DNA of 60,000 bases from Vicugna vicugna. Its lineage: Eukaryota. A program made the translations under genes and the position numbers. The DNA lies in contig MU058844.1 of NCBI GenBank assembly GCA_013265495.1, forward strand, positions 12,236,184-12,296,183, in the 5' to 3' direction. The stretch's first letter is position 1. Every line of letters starts with the position of its first letter. Shown here one piece after another: positions 11,944-22,829 of this stretch. The notes under the pieces are model-generated. The model ran no database searches and had not been told where the DNA came from. It worked only from the letters and a program-made list of their open reading frames with translations.

Positions 11944-14609
11944 TACCATGATTTATCTGTACTGTTGGCTCTCTTCCTCCTCACCAGGGGCACCTCTGTC
12001 CACCCTGTCAAAGAAGCAACTGCTCTTCTAATAGGTCAGATCCAAAAACAGTGACTGGACTTGAATTATTAGTGAGCAGGGTCATTATGCTTTAAAGATC
12101 ACAAAGCCAGTGTTTCTTTCCTCTCTCTACTTTCCGGCTATATATGGCTGTTGAGTTGAAATTAGGACCCCTCTTGGGACATGACCATTTCTTTCTCTTT
12201 TTGACTTCCTTCCTAAACTATGGCTACACCAGAGCATATCAAGACTAAATATATATATATTTGGACTCAAGCCTAGAGTATGTGCTGCACACCACCTTTT
12301 TCCAAAGAGTCCTGCGTCAAGGGTAACTGGCACGATCTCAAGCTATTAATAAAGTGGTATCCTGATTACCATTTGGCTGCTGTTGGTGCATTTATCTTCC
12401 CTGGGGCCCCTGCACAGGCACAAAGGTAATTGGCAAAACAGATTCAGGTATTTCTGGGATTCTGACATACTATCTAAACCCCGATTATTAAAACAAACAG
12501 TTCTTAAAATATACAATTAGCAAGCACAAATATCAGGAAGTTTACTTCAAAGTTCGTAAGATGCACATCCATTCTGGCAGGGAAAAATATATATCTACTT
12601 CCGAAGTATGATACAGACATTTGCCCTGTAGGGAATAGGCTGAACCGACATTATTAGTTAGTTAGCTGAAAAGGAAAAAGCTATAGGTAATGGCATCATT
12701 CCTAATGCAACTTCCTGTGACATTATTGAGAGTTTATCCGCTGTCGGCAGAAAAGCCTTTGTGGTTACTGAGGCCATATATAGGAGACCTTCAAAAGAGC
12801 ATTAGCATTCATTAACAGTGTAGAACTCAGGGTAAGTCTCAATTATGGTAACATAATTCAACTGGATCTCATGTTGAGTGCAGCCTAACCATAATAAATT
12901 GTAAAGTCTAGCTATAAATAAGCAGCTAAACATTCAGAAATTTTTTTTTAAAAAAGACAGTCTTTAAAGTTAAGCACATTCTAACTTCCTCTAGGGCAAG
13001 GACCTTGTCTTATTTATTTCTGTCCTGTTACCCTCATCACAGTATAGAAGGCAATTAATACACATCTATAAGCTTTTTGTAAAAATTCATGTTTATTTCA
13101 TGGAGCAAATTAAAACAAGGCCAAATGTGCAAAGCACATAAAACAAGCACATGAGATGACACACATTATCCACCAAAACCAAGAGCCTGCTTAGCAAGAC
13201 ATCTACACAAACACTCCCAGACTCGACACATATCTGCCTGGTATCCTTTCTGCCAGCAACTAGGATAGCTTAATTTCCACATATTTCACGAAGAACAGAA
13301 AAATCAGATGTGTTGTTTCTCTCCTCAATTCTAAAGGTAGTTCCTATTGCACAGTGTGCTCAAACATAAAAATATCAAGAAGAACTAGTGACTTCATTAA
13401 CTTTCTCCTGAGGCTTGTGATGCAACTCATTTGTGATGTTCCCAAAACTAATTTCTGAGTGTCTGCTTATCGGTTTTCCTATATCCTCCCAGGTGGTGCT
13501 TGTTCAAATAGCAAATGTACATGGCCAAGGATCAAAAAAAAAATCAATTTCAATTCCCAGAGAGCATAATCCTGGTACAGGTCAGTGAACACCTTCACTG
13601 TTTTATATCACGATAACCTTGGACCTGAAAAAATTCTCAGGGGAAGTATCCTGCTGGTAACCCCACCTAACAAATATAATAGCTAAAGTACTAAAACCTT
13701 TTGCTCCAAACTATATGACTGATGGCCCATTCATGAAAATAATATAATATTCACACCATTCTAAAGGCTCAAAAACCTTACATCTTAATATTCTCCAAGG
13801 TTCCTAGTAACTACTTAATGTGTCTTAAGGATTTGTGACCTTTCAAATTTTTATGGGGTGGTCATTTATGTCAATAAAATTAAATAGATTTCTATTCTAT
13901 CTACAATATTCAATTTTTTGATTCCCTTAAACTTGTCCTACAGCAACGAAAAAAAAAAAGATTGATACATACAATCCAGAACCACACTTAAGAAGGGAAG
14001 CCTAGCAATATACACAGAGGATGGAAGTGCAAACACATGAAGAACGGACACAACAGGCAACATTACCAGGACCTCATTTGGAGCTTATTTTATTTGGGGC
14101 ACTTCCATCTCACCTAATTCAGAGGTAACAGAAGAACAGCTTCTATGGCCACGAAAGCCAAAGTCATAAAAGCCTTTCTGTGTCTTTGGGAGCGGGGGAG
14201 CTCTTTCAGGGATAACTTGAAAGTAAACTGTGGTACTACCTCAAAGCTTGCCCAAGTATCAGCTAAAGCACGCCCCAGTCCTCCACCTTCAACCCCTGCT
14301 TTCTTCCAAAATTCCAAAACAGTTGAATTTTTAAACAAGTACGTTGCCAAACAAAAGTGCTGGGATGAAGTTCCAGGTTAGCAACCAATGAAAGAAGAGC
14401 CATCTTGCCTTCTGCCCTCACTGAATGATGGGTAGTGTCCAAAAATATTCATTCTGAGGAGTTCAAAGTTTAAGAGAAGGCTAGGATGCTAGTAATTCAT
14501 GGTGGTAAATGCAGATTTAAATAGCATTCTGTCCACCAGAACTCTGTTAACTGGCGCTTCTACCCATCTCAAAAACAATGACAACTAGTTATTTACAATA
14601 ACAACCCTG

Positions 14610-15146
14610 AAGCAGTTTAAGGTTTTTGGAGCACTGCAGCATAACAAATTACTCCAAAATTGAGCCATTTCAAACATCTCATAACTCATGTAATTCCTGT
14701 GGGTTATGAATTCAGAAGCAGCTTAGCTAGATGGTTCTGGCTTGTGGTCTCTCAAAAGGATACTGTCAGTGTTTTACCAAAGACTGCAGTCATTTGAAGA
14801 CTTTACCAGGGCTAAAGGACCTCTTCCAAGGTAGCTCCTTCATGTGACTGGTCAGCTGGTGCTGGCTGTCAGCAGAAGGCCTCCCTTCCTCGCCACGTGA
14901 ATCTCTATGGACTGTGTGTCCTCACAACATGGCGGCTGGCTTCTCCCAGAGTTGAGTCATCCAAAAGAGCAAGGCAAAAGTGGCAGCGTCTTTTATGACA
15001 TAGCCTCACAAGTCATCCACCATCCCATCCGCCATATTCCATTCATCACACAGAACCACTCTTTTAAAATGTGAGAGGGGAATTCACAAGGGAATAAACA
15101 GCAAAAGGCAAGGATCACTGGGGACCATCTTGGAGGCTGGCTTGTA
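14610..15146 (-). mobile_element. ERVL-MaLR solo LTR, MLT1H/F-like
   Basis: 'gcataacaaattactccaaa', 'gtgtcctcacaacatggcggctggcttc', 'ggatcactggggaccatcttggaggctggc'. Confidence 0.75.
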
Positions 15147-16371
15147 TGATCGTGAAATAGGCTTCCAAATGAAGAGAAAGATAATGCTCAATATGTTTTA
15201 GAACTGTTTATGATCATCCAGTTTCATAAAAATTACTCTTAAATAGGATACTATGTATCATTCAGGCTACTGGATGACATCTTCGAGAGAGACATTTAAT
15301 AAATGTCTGTTGAACCAAACTAATCCCAGAGTTTTTAACCCTGACATTGCATTTGCTCAGTTCCAACACATTTCTCATGTATCATCTTGTATATTATTTT
15401 ATTGACTTGCCATTAAATGCTCACTCTTATAACTTAATAACTATAATTTAAGTACCAATTTCATTAAAGGTAGTATCAATATTATTTAAAAAGCAGATAT
15501 TCTAGATCCTCAAAACCAGAGTGAATCAGAATTTCCATGGTCGAAGAACCACAGAATCAGGAAGGATCTTAAAGAAGTTACTTAATTTGTTGCAGTTGAA
15601 TGATGGGTCCTCGGGAATCCATAATACCTCCTTTTCCCCTTTTGCTTTTAAAATTTTTCATTATGAAAAGTTTTCAGTAAAGAGGTATACTAATCCAGTA
15701 CATTCATTTTGCAGATGAGAACATCCCCTCAATATGTAAAAAAATTTACCTATTCAATGCAGCTCTTAATATTGGAACACACACACACACACACAAAACC
15801 AAGAATGAAGCATCACCTCTTTAAACAAATGACATTTTCTCATCAATGAGACTTCAAGTGATGTCATACAAAAACATTATTCAGCAACCTTCTTAAGCAA
15901 AAGCTTGCAGCTTTAGGATTACATTAGGGTAACAATAGGCAGTTGTAGCTTGTGAGTAAACAGCACTATAATACTAAAGCTAGAAGTCTTATGTTTACCA
16001 GTTTTTTAAGCTGATGCATTCTATTACTACTGTAGCTAATCCGGATTTCGAGTTTCAATTCTTGAGTTAAAAGAAATCCATGGACCATTTTGATAGTGTA
16101 TATAAAAAGGTTAAAATAAGCTTTTCTGGAAACTGGAAGAATGGACTCTCTCCAAATAAATGTATTCTTCTCATCCAAGCTCCTGGTCACCATTTGCAGC
16201 TGGGCCTGTAGGGAAAAGCTAAGGTGAGGACTCTGGAGGCGGAGGAGGAGGGGATGGCCCAAGTCCCACGTGAGCTAGTATTAGGATTCCCAGTCAGACT
16301 TGGGAGCAAAAATCTAAACAGAAAAATAACGGTGGCCTCCTGATAGCTCGGCTGTTGTTGAAATGTAACAA

Positions 16372-16607
16372 CAATAATAATAGTAGTGAATATGTAATGA
16401 ATATTTGCTACATGTCAGGAACACTCCGAAGTATTATATTAATATACTCTTTCACTCAACCTTCACAAAAATCCTTCTCAACAACTGATTTACAGATGAG
16501 GAAGCTAAGACTCAGATAAAGAAAATCACCAAAGATCACCTATACAGTTAAGTACCAGGGTTGGGATTCAAACTCAAGCAGTCTGCTCCAGAAGCTGCAT
16601 CTTTTAA
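16372..16607 (-). mobile_element. MIR SINE (near full length)
   Basis: 'tttacagatgaggaagctaagactcaga...gggattcaaactcaagcagtctgctccaga'. Confidence 0.75.
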
Positions 16608-18329
16608 GTGTTGTGTAACTGCCTTAAAGTGGACCAATCACACAGCCTTGTGTTTGATCTCACCTCGATGTGGCAGCATAAGATGATGCTCCATCTGCTA
16701 TGCCTACAAACCTACCAAATGCCACCAAGTAAGGCGGGGGACTTAGATGATATTTCCCAGCAGAGAAAACAAAGCTGGATGTGAAACCCACAGTTCTCCA
16801 TGTAAGTGGACAGTATATAAATACACACAAAGCAAGATGAAAGAAATAAAAACGCTTTTTTCAGATCTTCTTGACTATACCTGAACTGTTACAAATCACT
16901 TCTTGTCAAAAATGCTGACTTTCCAGTCTGTTCCCTGGAAAACTTTAGCCCTGTGTCACCAGTAATGTTTCCAGACCTTGAAATCTCTAGGTCCCCATTA
17001 TCTCAAGTATTTACCCAAACAAGCACAACCAGCAACTGTCCCAGCTGCTACGGCTCTCAGGAAAATGTTGCAGATTAACAAAAAGTATGATTGTACAAAC
17101 ACTGTATAAACTAATGGCATGAACAAGCAGCTTTTAAATCCTTACAGGGATCAGGCTTATTTTAAAACAACTTTATAATGTTTAGAGAAAATAAGAGGAT
17201 GGTAAACCGATATAATTCAAGACCTGGAGCTTAAAAAAAAAAAAGCTACATAACCAACTTGAATGAAGCACTGAATTCAGAATCTACGCTACTACAGTGC
17301 TTGTCCTGAGACTTCATCTGGGGCAGAGAAGGAGGATGACCTATGAAAACATCAGCACCAGAGGCTCATCTCAGATATTACTGTTAACAGTCAGACTTGG
17401 GAGGAAAAATGAAGTCTGAGCAGAAAGATAACTCGGGATTTTTCCTACCCCGAGGTCCACTTAACTTTATAGAGAATTATTTTTCCTTACAAAATAGGGG
17501 AGGGGTGGGGGAGATCTTGAATGGTTAAGGAAAAAAAGGAAATTTATTCCTCACTTGCATTTGTGCAAGTAAAAGGGTGATACCTGCTGAGATTATTCGA
17601 CTCTGCATATGTGATGTGATTAGTCACTGAGCACCCATATCCACAGAATAGAGACTAATACATTTGCCTTTTCCTGAATGGAAGGAAATATTCAGCATCA
17701 TTACCCATGTGTCAGTGGTACAAGGAAAGACTTCCTTTCTCTTTTCGGAAGTCTTGTCTGTTACGTCTGAATGTGTGTATGTCTTTTAGCATCCACCACT
17801 GCTACGTACGTACCTGTGTGTGTGGCTGTGATTAGGTCAAATTCACCACATTTGAAAACGAAGAAACTGGAAAAAGATTACTATGCCCATTTTCCTTCTA
17901 GAGAAAACAAAGCTAAGTGACATCTGTGAGCAAGGAGGCCACCACCAGAATAACTCTGTGACAGTGAGAAGATTACAACCTTGGCCCCTGGCTCCTACTT
18001 CCCTCCACACTTCCCTGACTCCCAACATTTCTAAAGTTGACACAGCCTCTCAGGTTTGATTTGCTGTAGCTGGGATAATTAGGGTGAAAATATCACAGAA
18101 AGTCACATGCACATACACACTTCTTTATACATTTTCCCAATAAAAAAAAAGTAACACGTGTCTTCTGAGAATTTTATCTTTAGCTAAATGAAGAGCTAAG
18201 GGGAATTGCAAAGCTAGGTCTGGGAATCATTCCTCTGACTAAAGTCAAAAATTTAACCCCAAGTCCATACAAAGAAGGCAACACGCTTTTCCTATCATGC
18301 CCCTGAATGATCACCAAGTGTGGATATGT

Positions 18330-18400
18330 GTCCACACTTCCGCTTGCACCCAGGACAACTGCTTCCTGTTGCCATGGGTTACACAGATGAGTCACTTGGA
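18330..18400. promoter_or_regulatory. Candidate intronic enhancer (ETS, RFX X-box-like and AP-1 motifs)
   Basis: ACTTCCG 18336-18342, GCTTCCTG 18361-18368, GTTGCCATGGGTTAC 18368-18382 and TGAGTCA 18388-18394, all in unique sequence. Confidence 0.4.
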
Positions 18401-20937
18401 GCCCTAGAGATAACTTGAGAGATGTCTTATAGCAATGTCAGAATTAACAAAATATATTCCTGGTAATTAGCAGTGCTCAAAAACAGTCTATTAAAACATC
18501 AGATCAAAAACAGCTGTTGATCCCTCGGCATGAAAATGGGGACTTGAGGTAAGTCAATGTGAGAGATTCTTGTTCCTACTGTAAGACAGATAGCTCATCA
18601 TTCCCAGCCTTTCATTAAATGATCCACATAGAGGTGCAATCACAAGGGGGAGAAAACAGTTTCAGGATCAATGCAGTATAAGTAAGAGTAATTTACGTCT
18701 TGTCATCCATAGAACTTTTGATCTCAAATCACTCAAGGCTCAATCGGAACAGGCTTTATGTTAAATCTTTCACATATACACACTCTAAGGAGCAGTCATG
18801 GCCAAGCATTAAACATCCAGGAGGACATGACATCTCTTAAACCAAGAGTAAAAAAAAAAAAAAAAAATTTATTGCATCTACAATTACTTGTGAATTCAAG
18901 TTCCATGCAGCCTCCCAGGAGTATCTTGTTAATGTGCCAGGAGCAAGCCACCCAACCAGAGAACACCAAAAACTCAGAAGTCAGGTGCAAACAATAACGT
19001 AGGGCCATTTCTACTTAGTGCCGTTCACTAAGAGGGGGAAGAAAATGTTGGAGGAAAAGCATGCCTTTTGGATTTCACTGGCAAGGGAATTTTAAGTCTT
19101 TTGCAAATATTCATTTGAACTGGATAAACATGACCTCCGGTAAGAAAAGTATTAGATGTAGAATGAAAAAGAGAAAAATACATTTAAAATCTACAGCTTC
19201 TTAATTGGCTAAAAACAAAGACAACAGTGTGGAGTGGCAAGGCAGTGTTTATCATTTCTTGGTTTGGGTGTAGTTTCCGTGATTATCAGTAGTTTCTCTT
19301 CTTTCTGATCCATTCTCTGCTCCAGGATCCTTTACTCCCCAGTAACAGTTGAATTTAAAAACAAATGTGTAGACAAAGAAAAGGAGGCAAGGGGAACTCT
19401 CTAAAACCTTTTTCTATATAAACTATGTACACATCTGAAACAGCGTGGAGGAAAATCATAGATTAGTATTGTTTTCACCCATGAAATATTTTGACCTCAG
19501 GAAAACTTGAAAGCACAACAACGAGATCTTTTGAGAAACAAACAAAAATAATCCATATAAATCTTATTTCTGGTTAAACTGAAGTCATCCTCTTTCTTCC
19601 CTTTGTTTTCATATGATAGAGACATCTTATGTACATTCCAAAGAAAAATAAAACCAGAGTGAGAAGTAACCTCAATATAAACAAGGCTGAATAGGTTCTA
19701 TACTATAGAGGCTCCGTTTTTAAGTAAGTTTTCACTTAAACCTACCTCATATGGTTATACACACACTAAGAACCAAAAGCACAAGTCTGGTTTTATTGTA
19801 TTTTCGTGTCTTCAGTACTAAAGTCTGAATCTAGTTTTGGATTTTACAAGAGTTACTATGCCTTTTCTATTCTTCGACAGGTCTGAATGCCCTGCACCCC
19901 CCTCCCTTTGGTTCTCTTTGCCAGCCTGGACTTTGGGAAGCAAGTCTCTGAACCTTAATTATCATCTACTCATTCCAGTGACTAAGAAGTGCAAAACTGA
20001 TTAAAGAGGAGATAATTAAGGTAATAGAAGTTGCATGTTCCTCATCAACTGGGAGAAACACACACACCTGTCTCCCAAGTCCCCTAAAATGAAATACCAA
20101 AGAGGGGAAAGGGAGTATCAATAATTTAAGAGGGAAGTTTCTCTAGAACAAGACCAGATTTTTTCTTTTAAGATAGATTTCTTTATACTCATGGCTTCTG
20201 TGGATTTAAAACATATGCAGCCCTTACAATACATGTCATGCTGGGAGCAGGAAGCAAGCTGCAGAACTCTGATTCTGACATACAGGCGCCCAGCTTAGAA
20301 TGCATTTCTGCAGAATCAAGGGAGATCAATAGACTCAAGGAACAAATATGTTGATGGATGAGGGCGAGTCTGAAAACGACCAGGTTGAGGTGGCCACGCT
20401 GCAGGTTTCACTGCTCTTCCCATGTTGGCAGAACGAAAGGCGGGTTACAAACGATCCCCCCTTTATTTTAAGAGGGAAAGGGGAAAAAAGGAAACGAGGG
20501 GAGGAAAAAGAGGTAAGGGAGGGAAGAGAACGGAGCTAGTGATGAAGAAAGGAAGAAAGAAATGAGAAAAGGGAAAGAGAGAAACCCGGAGAGGGGCGGG
20601 GGAGTAGGAAGGAAAGCTATGATGTATGGACGCTCGCCAGCTACCCAGCCGAGCGCTCCATCACCCCAAGCCTGCGTCCCTCACTCGCTCGTCTGGAGAC
20701 GTGGGGCTCCCGGGCTCCGCCGCCCTGGTCTGGCAGCCAGCCCTCCCCGCGACCCCAGGTTGGTGCACACCACGCCGAGATGCCCAAAGTAGCCCACGGT
20801 AGCCCAGCCACCCGAGCCCGCCACTCCCTGGACCGCGCTCGCCACCACCCCCGCCCCGACTTCGCCCCCCGCCCCCCTCCCTAGTCTCAGGGAAAAAGCC
20901 AAGGAGAGCGCAGAAATGGGAAGTATCGGGGGGGGGG

Positions 20938-21031
20938 NNNNNNNNNNNNNNNNNNNNNNNNNNNNNNNNNNNNNNNNNNNNNNNNNNNNNNNNNNNNNNN
21001 NNNNNNNNNNNNNNNNNNNNNNNNNNNNNNN
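20938..21031. other. Assembly gap (94 N) flanked by poly-G
   Basis: Run of N with G homopolymers on both sides. Confidence 0.99.
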
Positions 21032-21245
21032 GGGGGGGGGGCACCAAATATAGATACTGGCTTTTTTTTTTTTCTTAATAATGTCCTGGGGGAGCAGCAG
21101 GGGAGGAGACCCGTGGCAGGCACCTGGGAAGGAACACGCTGTTGCAAATACCCGGGGCTGCGTGGGGCTGGGCGATTTTCCACAAAAGGAAGTTTGGAAG
21201 GAGCGCAGCGGTTTGCAATGGAAGAGAAGGAGATCCCAGCGTTAC

Positions 21246-21625
21246 CTGACTGAGGTCAAGCCGGCGGGCCGAGGAAATCCTCAGGTTAGCGATACTGAGC
21301 CACTTGATCAGGTTACTATGGAAATCGCTTTGAGGAGGAGGAGGGTGGAAAAAAGCCACCAGCCAGGCACATCCTCGTCACCCCCTGAAGGAAACTGCCG
21401 GGGCCGCCGAGCGCGGGGCGCGGGACCGGGCGCGGCGCCTCTCTCGGCCCGGTTCGCTCTTTCTTCCCTCCTCGGCCGGGCCGCGCCTCCCCGCCCCGCG
21501 CCGCCGCCGCCGCCGCCGCCGAGCAGCCCGCGGGCCGAGCGAGCCCTCCGCGGCGCGCAGCCGGGAGCGAGAGCGCGAGCGAGCGAGCTCGCAGCCGCCT
21601 GCCGGCCTCGGCGGCGGGCGGCGCT
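21246..21625 (-). other. CDC42EP3: Putative non-coding first exon (5' UTR) of a minus-strand gene, tentatively CDC42EP3
   Basis: Inside the CpG island, ~25-30 nt downstream of a TATA-like TTTAAA (21649-21654), and ends at CAG|GTAACG (exon end 21246). The gene name rests only on my recollection that 'GATTTCCATAGTAACCTGATCAAGTGGCTC...AACCTGAGGATTTCC..GGCCCGCCGGC..GACCTC' resembles the human CDC42EP3 5' UTR, and on that gene's layout (UTR exon, long intron, single coding exon). Not verified; the TSS is approximate. Confidence 0.5.
21501..21521 (-). repeat. (CGG)7 trinucleotide repeat in the putative 5' UTR
   Basis: (CCG)7 on the + strand. Confidence 0.9.
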
Positions 21626-21780
21626 GTTTCCCAGCCGCGCAGCTGGAATTTAAAGAGACAGGCGCGCCGCGAGGTCAGGGGTCCCGGCCCGCGAGGAGAG
21701 CACGCGGGACGCCCACCGTCTCCGCCCCAGCCGGCCTTGCGAAAAAAGTTTCCCACGGGGACCACACGAGAAGCTCCTGA
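21626..21780 (-). promoter_or_regulatory. Core/proximal promoter of the minus-strand gene
   Basis: TTTAAA 21649-21654, GC box TCCGCCCC 21721-21728, RBPJ consensus TTCCCACG (=CGTGGGAA) 21750-21757, RUNX GACCACA 21760-21766. Confidence 0.6.
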
Positions 21781-22829
21781 AACCAGCCTCAGCCTCCTCT
21801 CCCGAATGCAGAACGCAGGCTGCAAGGAGACAGTAAGAGGGATCTTTTTCCCTCCCTTGGAGACTGGGGGGAGATGATTTGTATGCTCAACAAGTCCTGC
21901 ACCTATTTTCAGCCGCGCTCGTTTCTGTCCGTTTGCACCGAATTTCTTCATTGACAGCCCAGAGACAAATGGGGGTGCACTCGTTTTATGTCAGACTTCA
22001 AGCAGAGACGCATGGGTTTGGAGGGAAGGTGATGGCGGGAAGATACTGCTGTCAAATACCTTGGAAATAAATGCTTTTCCCTCTTCCCTTCTCAGCCAAC
22101 AAGCATCTCCTTTTCTCTTTTCTCCCAGCCCTGGAGAACAGGCTTGAAGGTATTTTCCAATCTCTAGTCCAGCCTCATCACCTTCCCGCTGACACCTTTT
22201 CTCTAGAGCTATGGATGCAAGCCTGCTTCCGTTGCTGAGAATAAGCAAGAATCTAGCAGAAAGAAGCATCTAGTCTGCTGGCCTTTTTCAATCCCTAACG
22301 GAAAACCAGTTTTCCGTGGGCAGTTCTCTCACTGCTGTTGCAAATAAGGCACAAAGATTTGTGCTGTTTCCAACATACACCCCAAACAGAATGTGTTGAT
22401 AAATTCACATGGTTTAGTGGCAGCACGTATGTGCTTGGAGTACCAGAGAAATCATAACCCAATCTATTTATTTTGCTATTCTAACCATCACCTTTCACTG
22501 CTTTATATAGTAAAGAGCCTTTGTGGTACCAGTTCAGTCCAGATTTTCCCCAGTGGGGGAGGGAATAAAGGGACACCCCTTGTGATCTTAACTAGGTCAG
22601 ACTGAGTCCACTGAGTCACTCTTGCAAAGAGCAGTAGACCTTCTGTAAATGGGGATGGCACTCTGTTGGGTTGGTAGAATGTATTCTCAGAAAGAATGAA
22701 TCTACTACATCTAGATAATCCACACCTTGTGGGCAGGAGCCATGTATTTCTCCATCGTAGGCCTTATATGTTTTTATGAGCCCAGCACAAAGCAAGGATG
22801 CCACATTCTAACGCAAGTGTCTTAAATTT

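Larger units (their letters stand above)
1..21245 (-). other. Putative long first intron of the minus-strand gene (continues past the left edge)
   Basis: Begins at the GT donor at 21245-21244 (minus strand) inside the CpG island; no credible coding exon was found between there and base 1. Confidence 0.55.
20620..21930. promoter_or_regulatory. CpG island / promoter region
   Basis: Abrupt switch to very GC- and CpG-rich sequence with many GC boxes and CGCG/GCGC runs, in an otherwise CpG-depleted, AT-rich window. Confidence 0.9.

Noticed and set aside
21081..21951. Long ORFs over the CpG island (190 aa on +, 211 aa on -)
   Set aside because: Low-complexity Arg/Ala/Pro/Gly translations typical of stop-poor GC-rich DNA, with no domain resemblance. 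Only the internal 18-codon uORF was kept.
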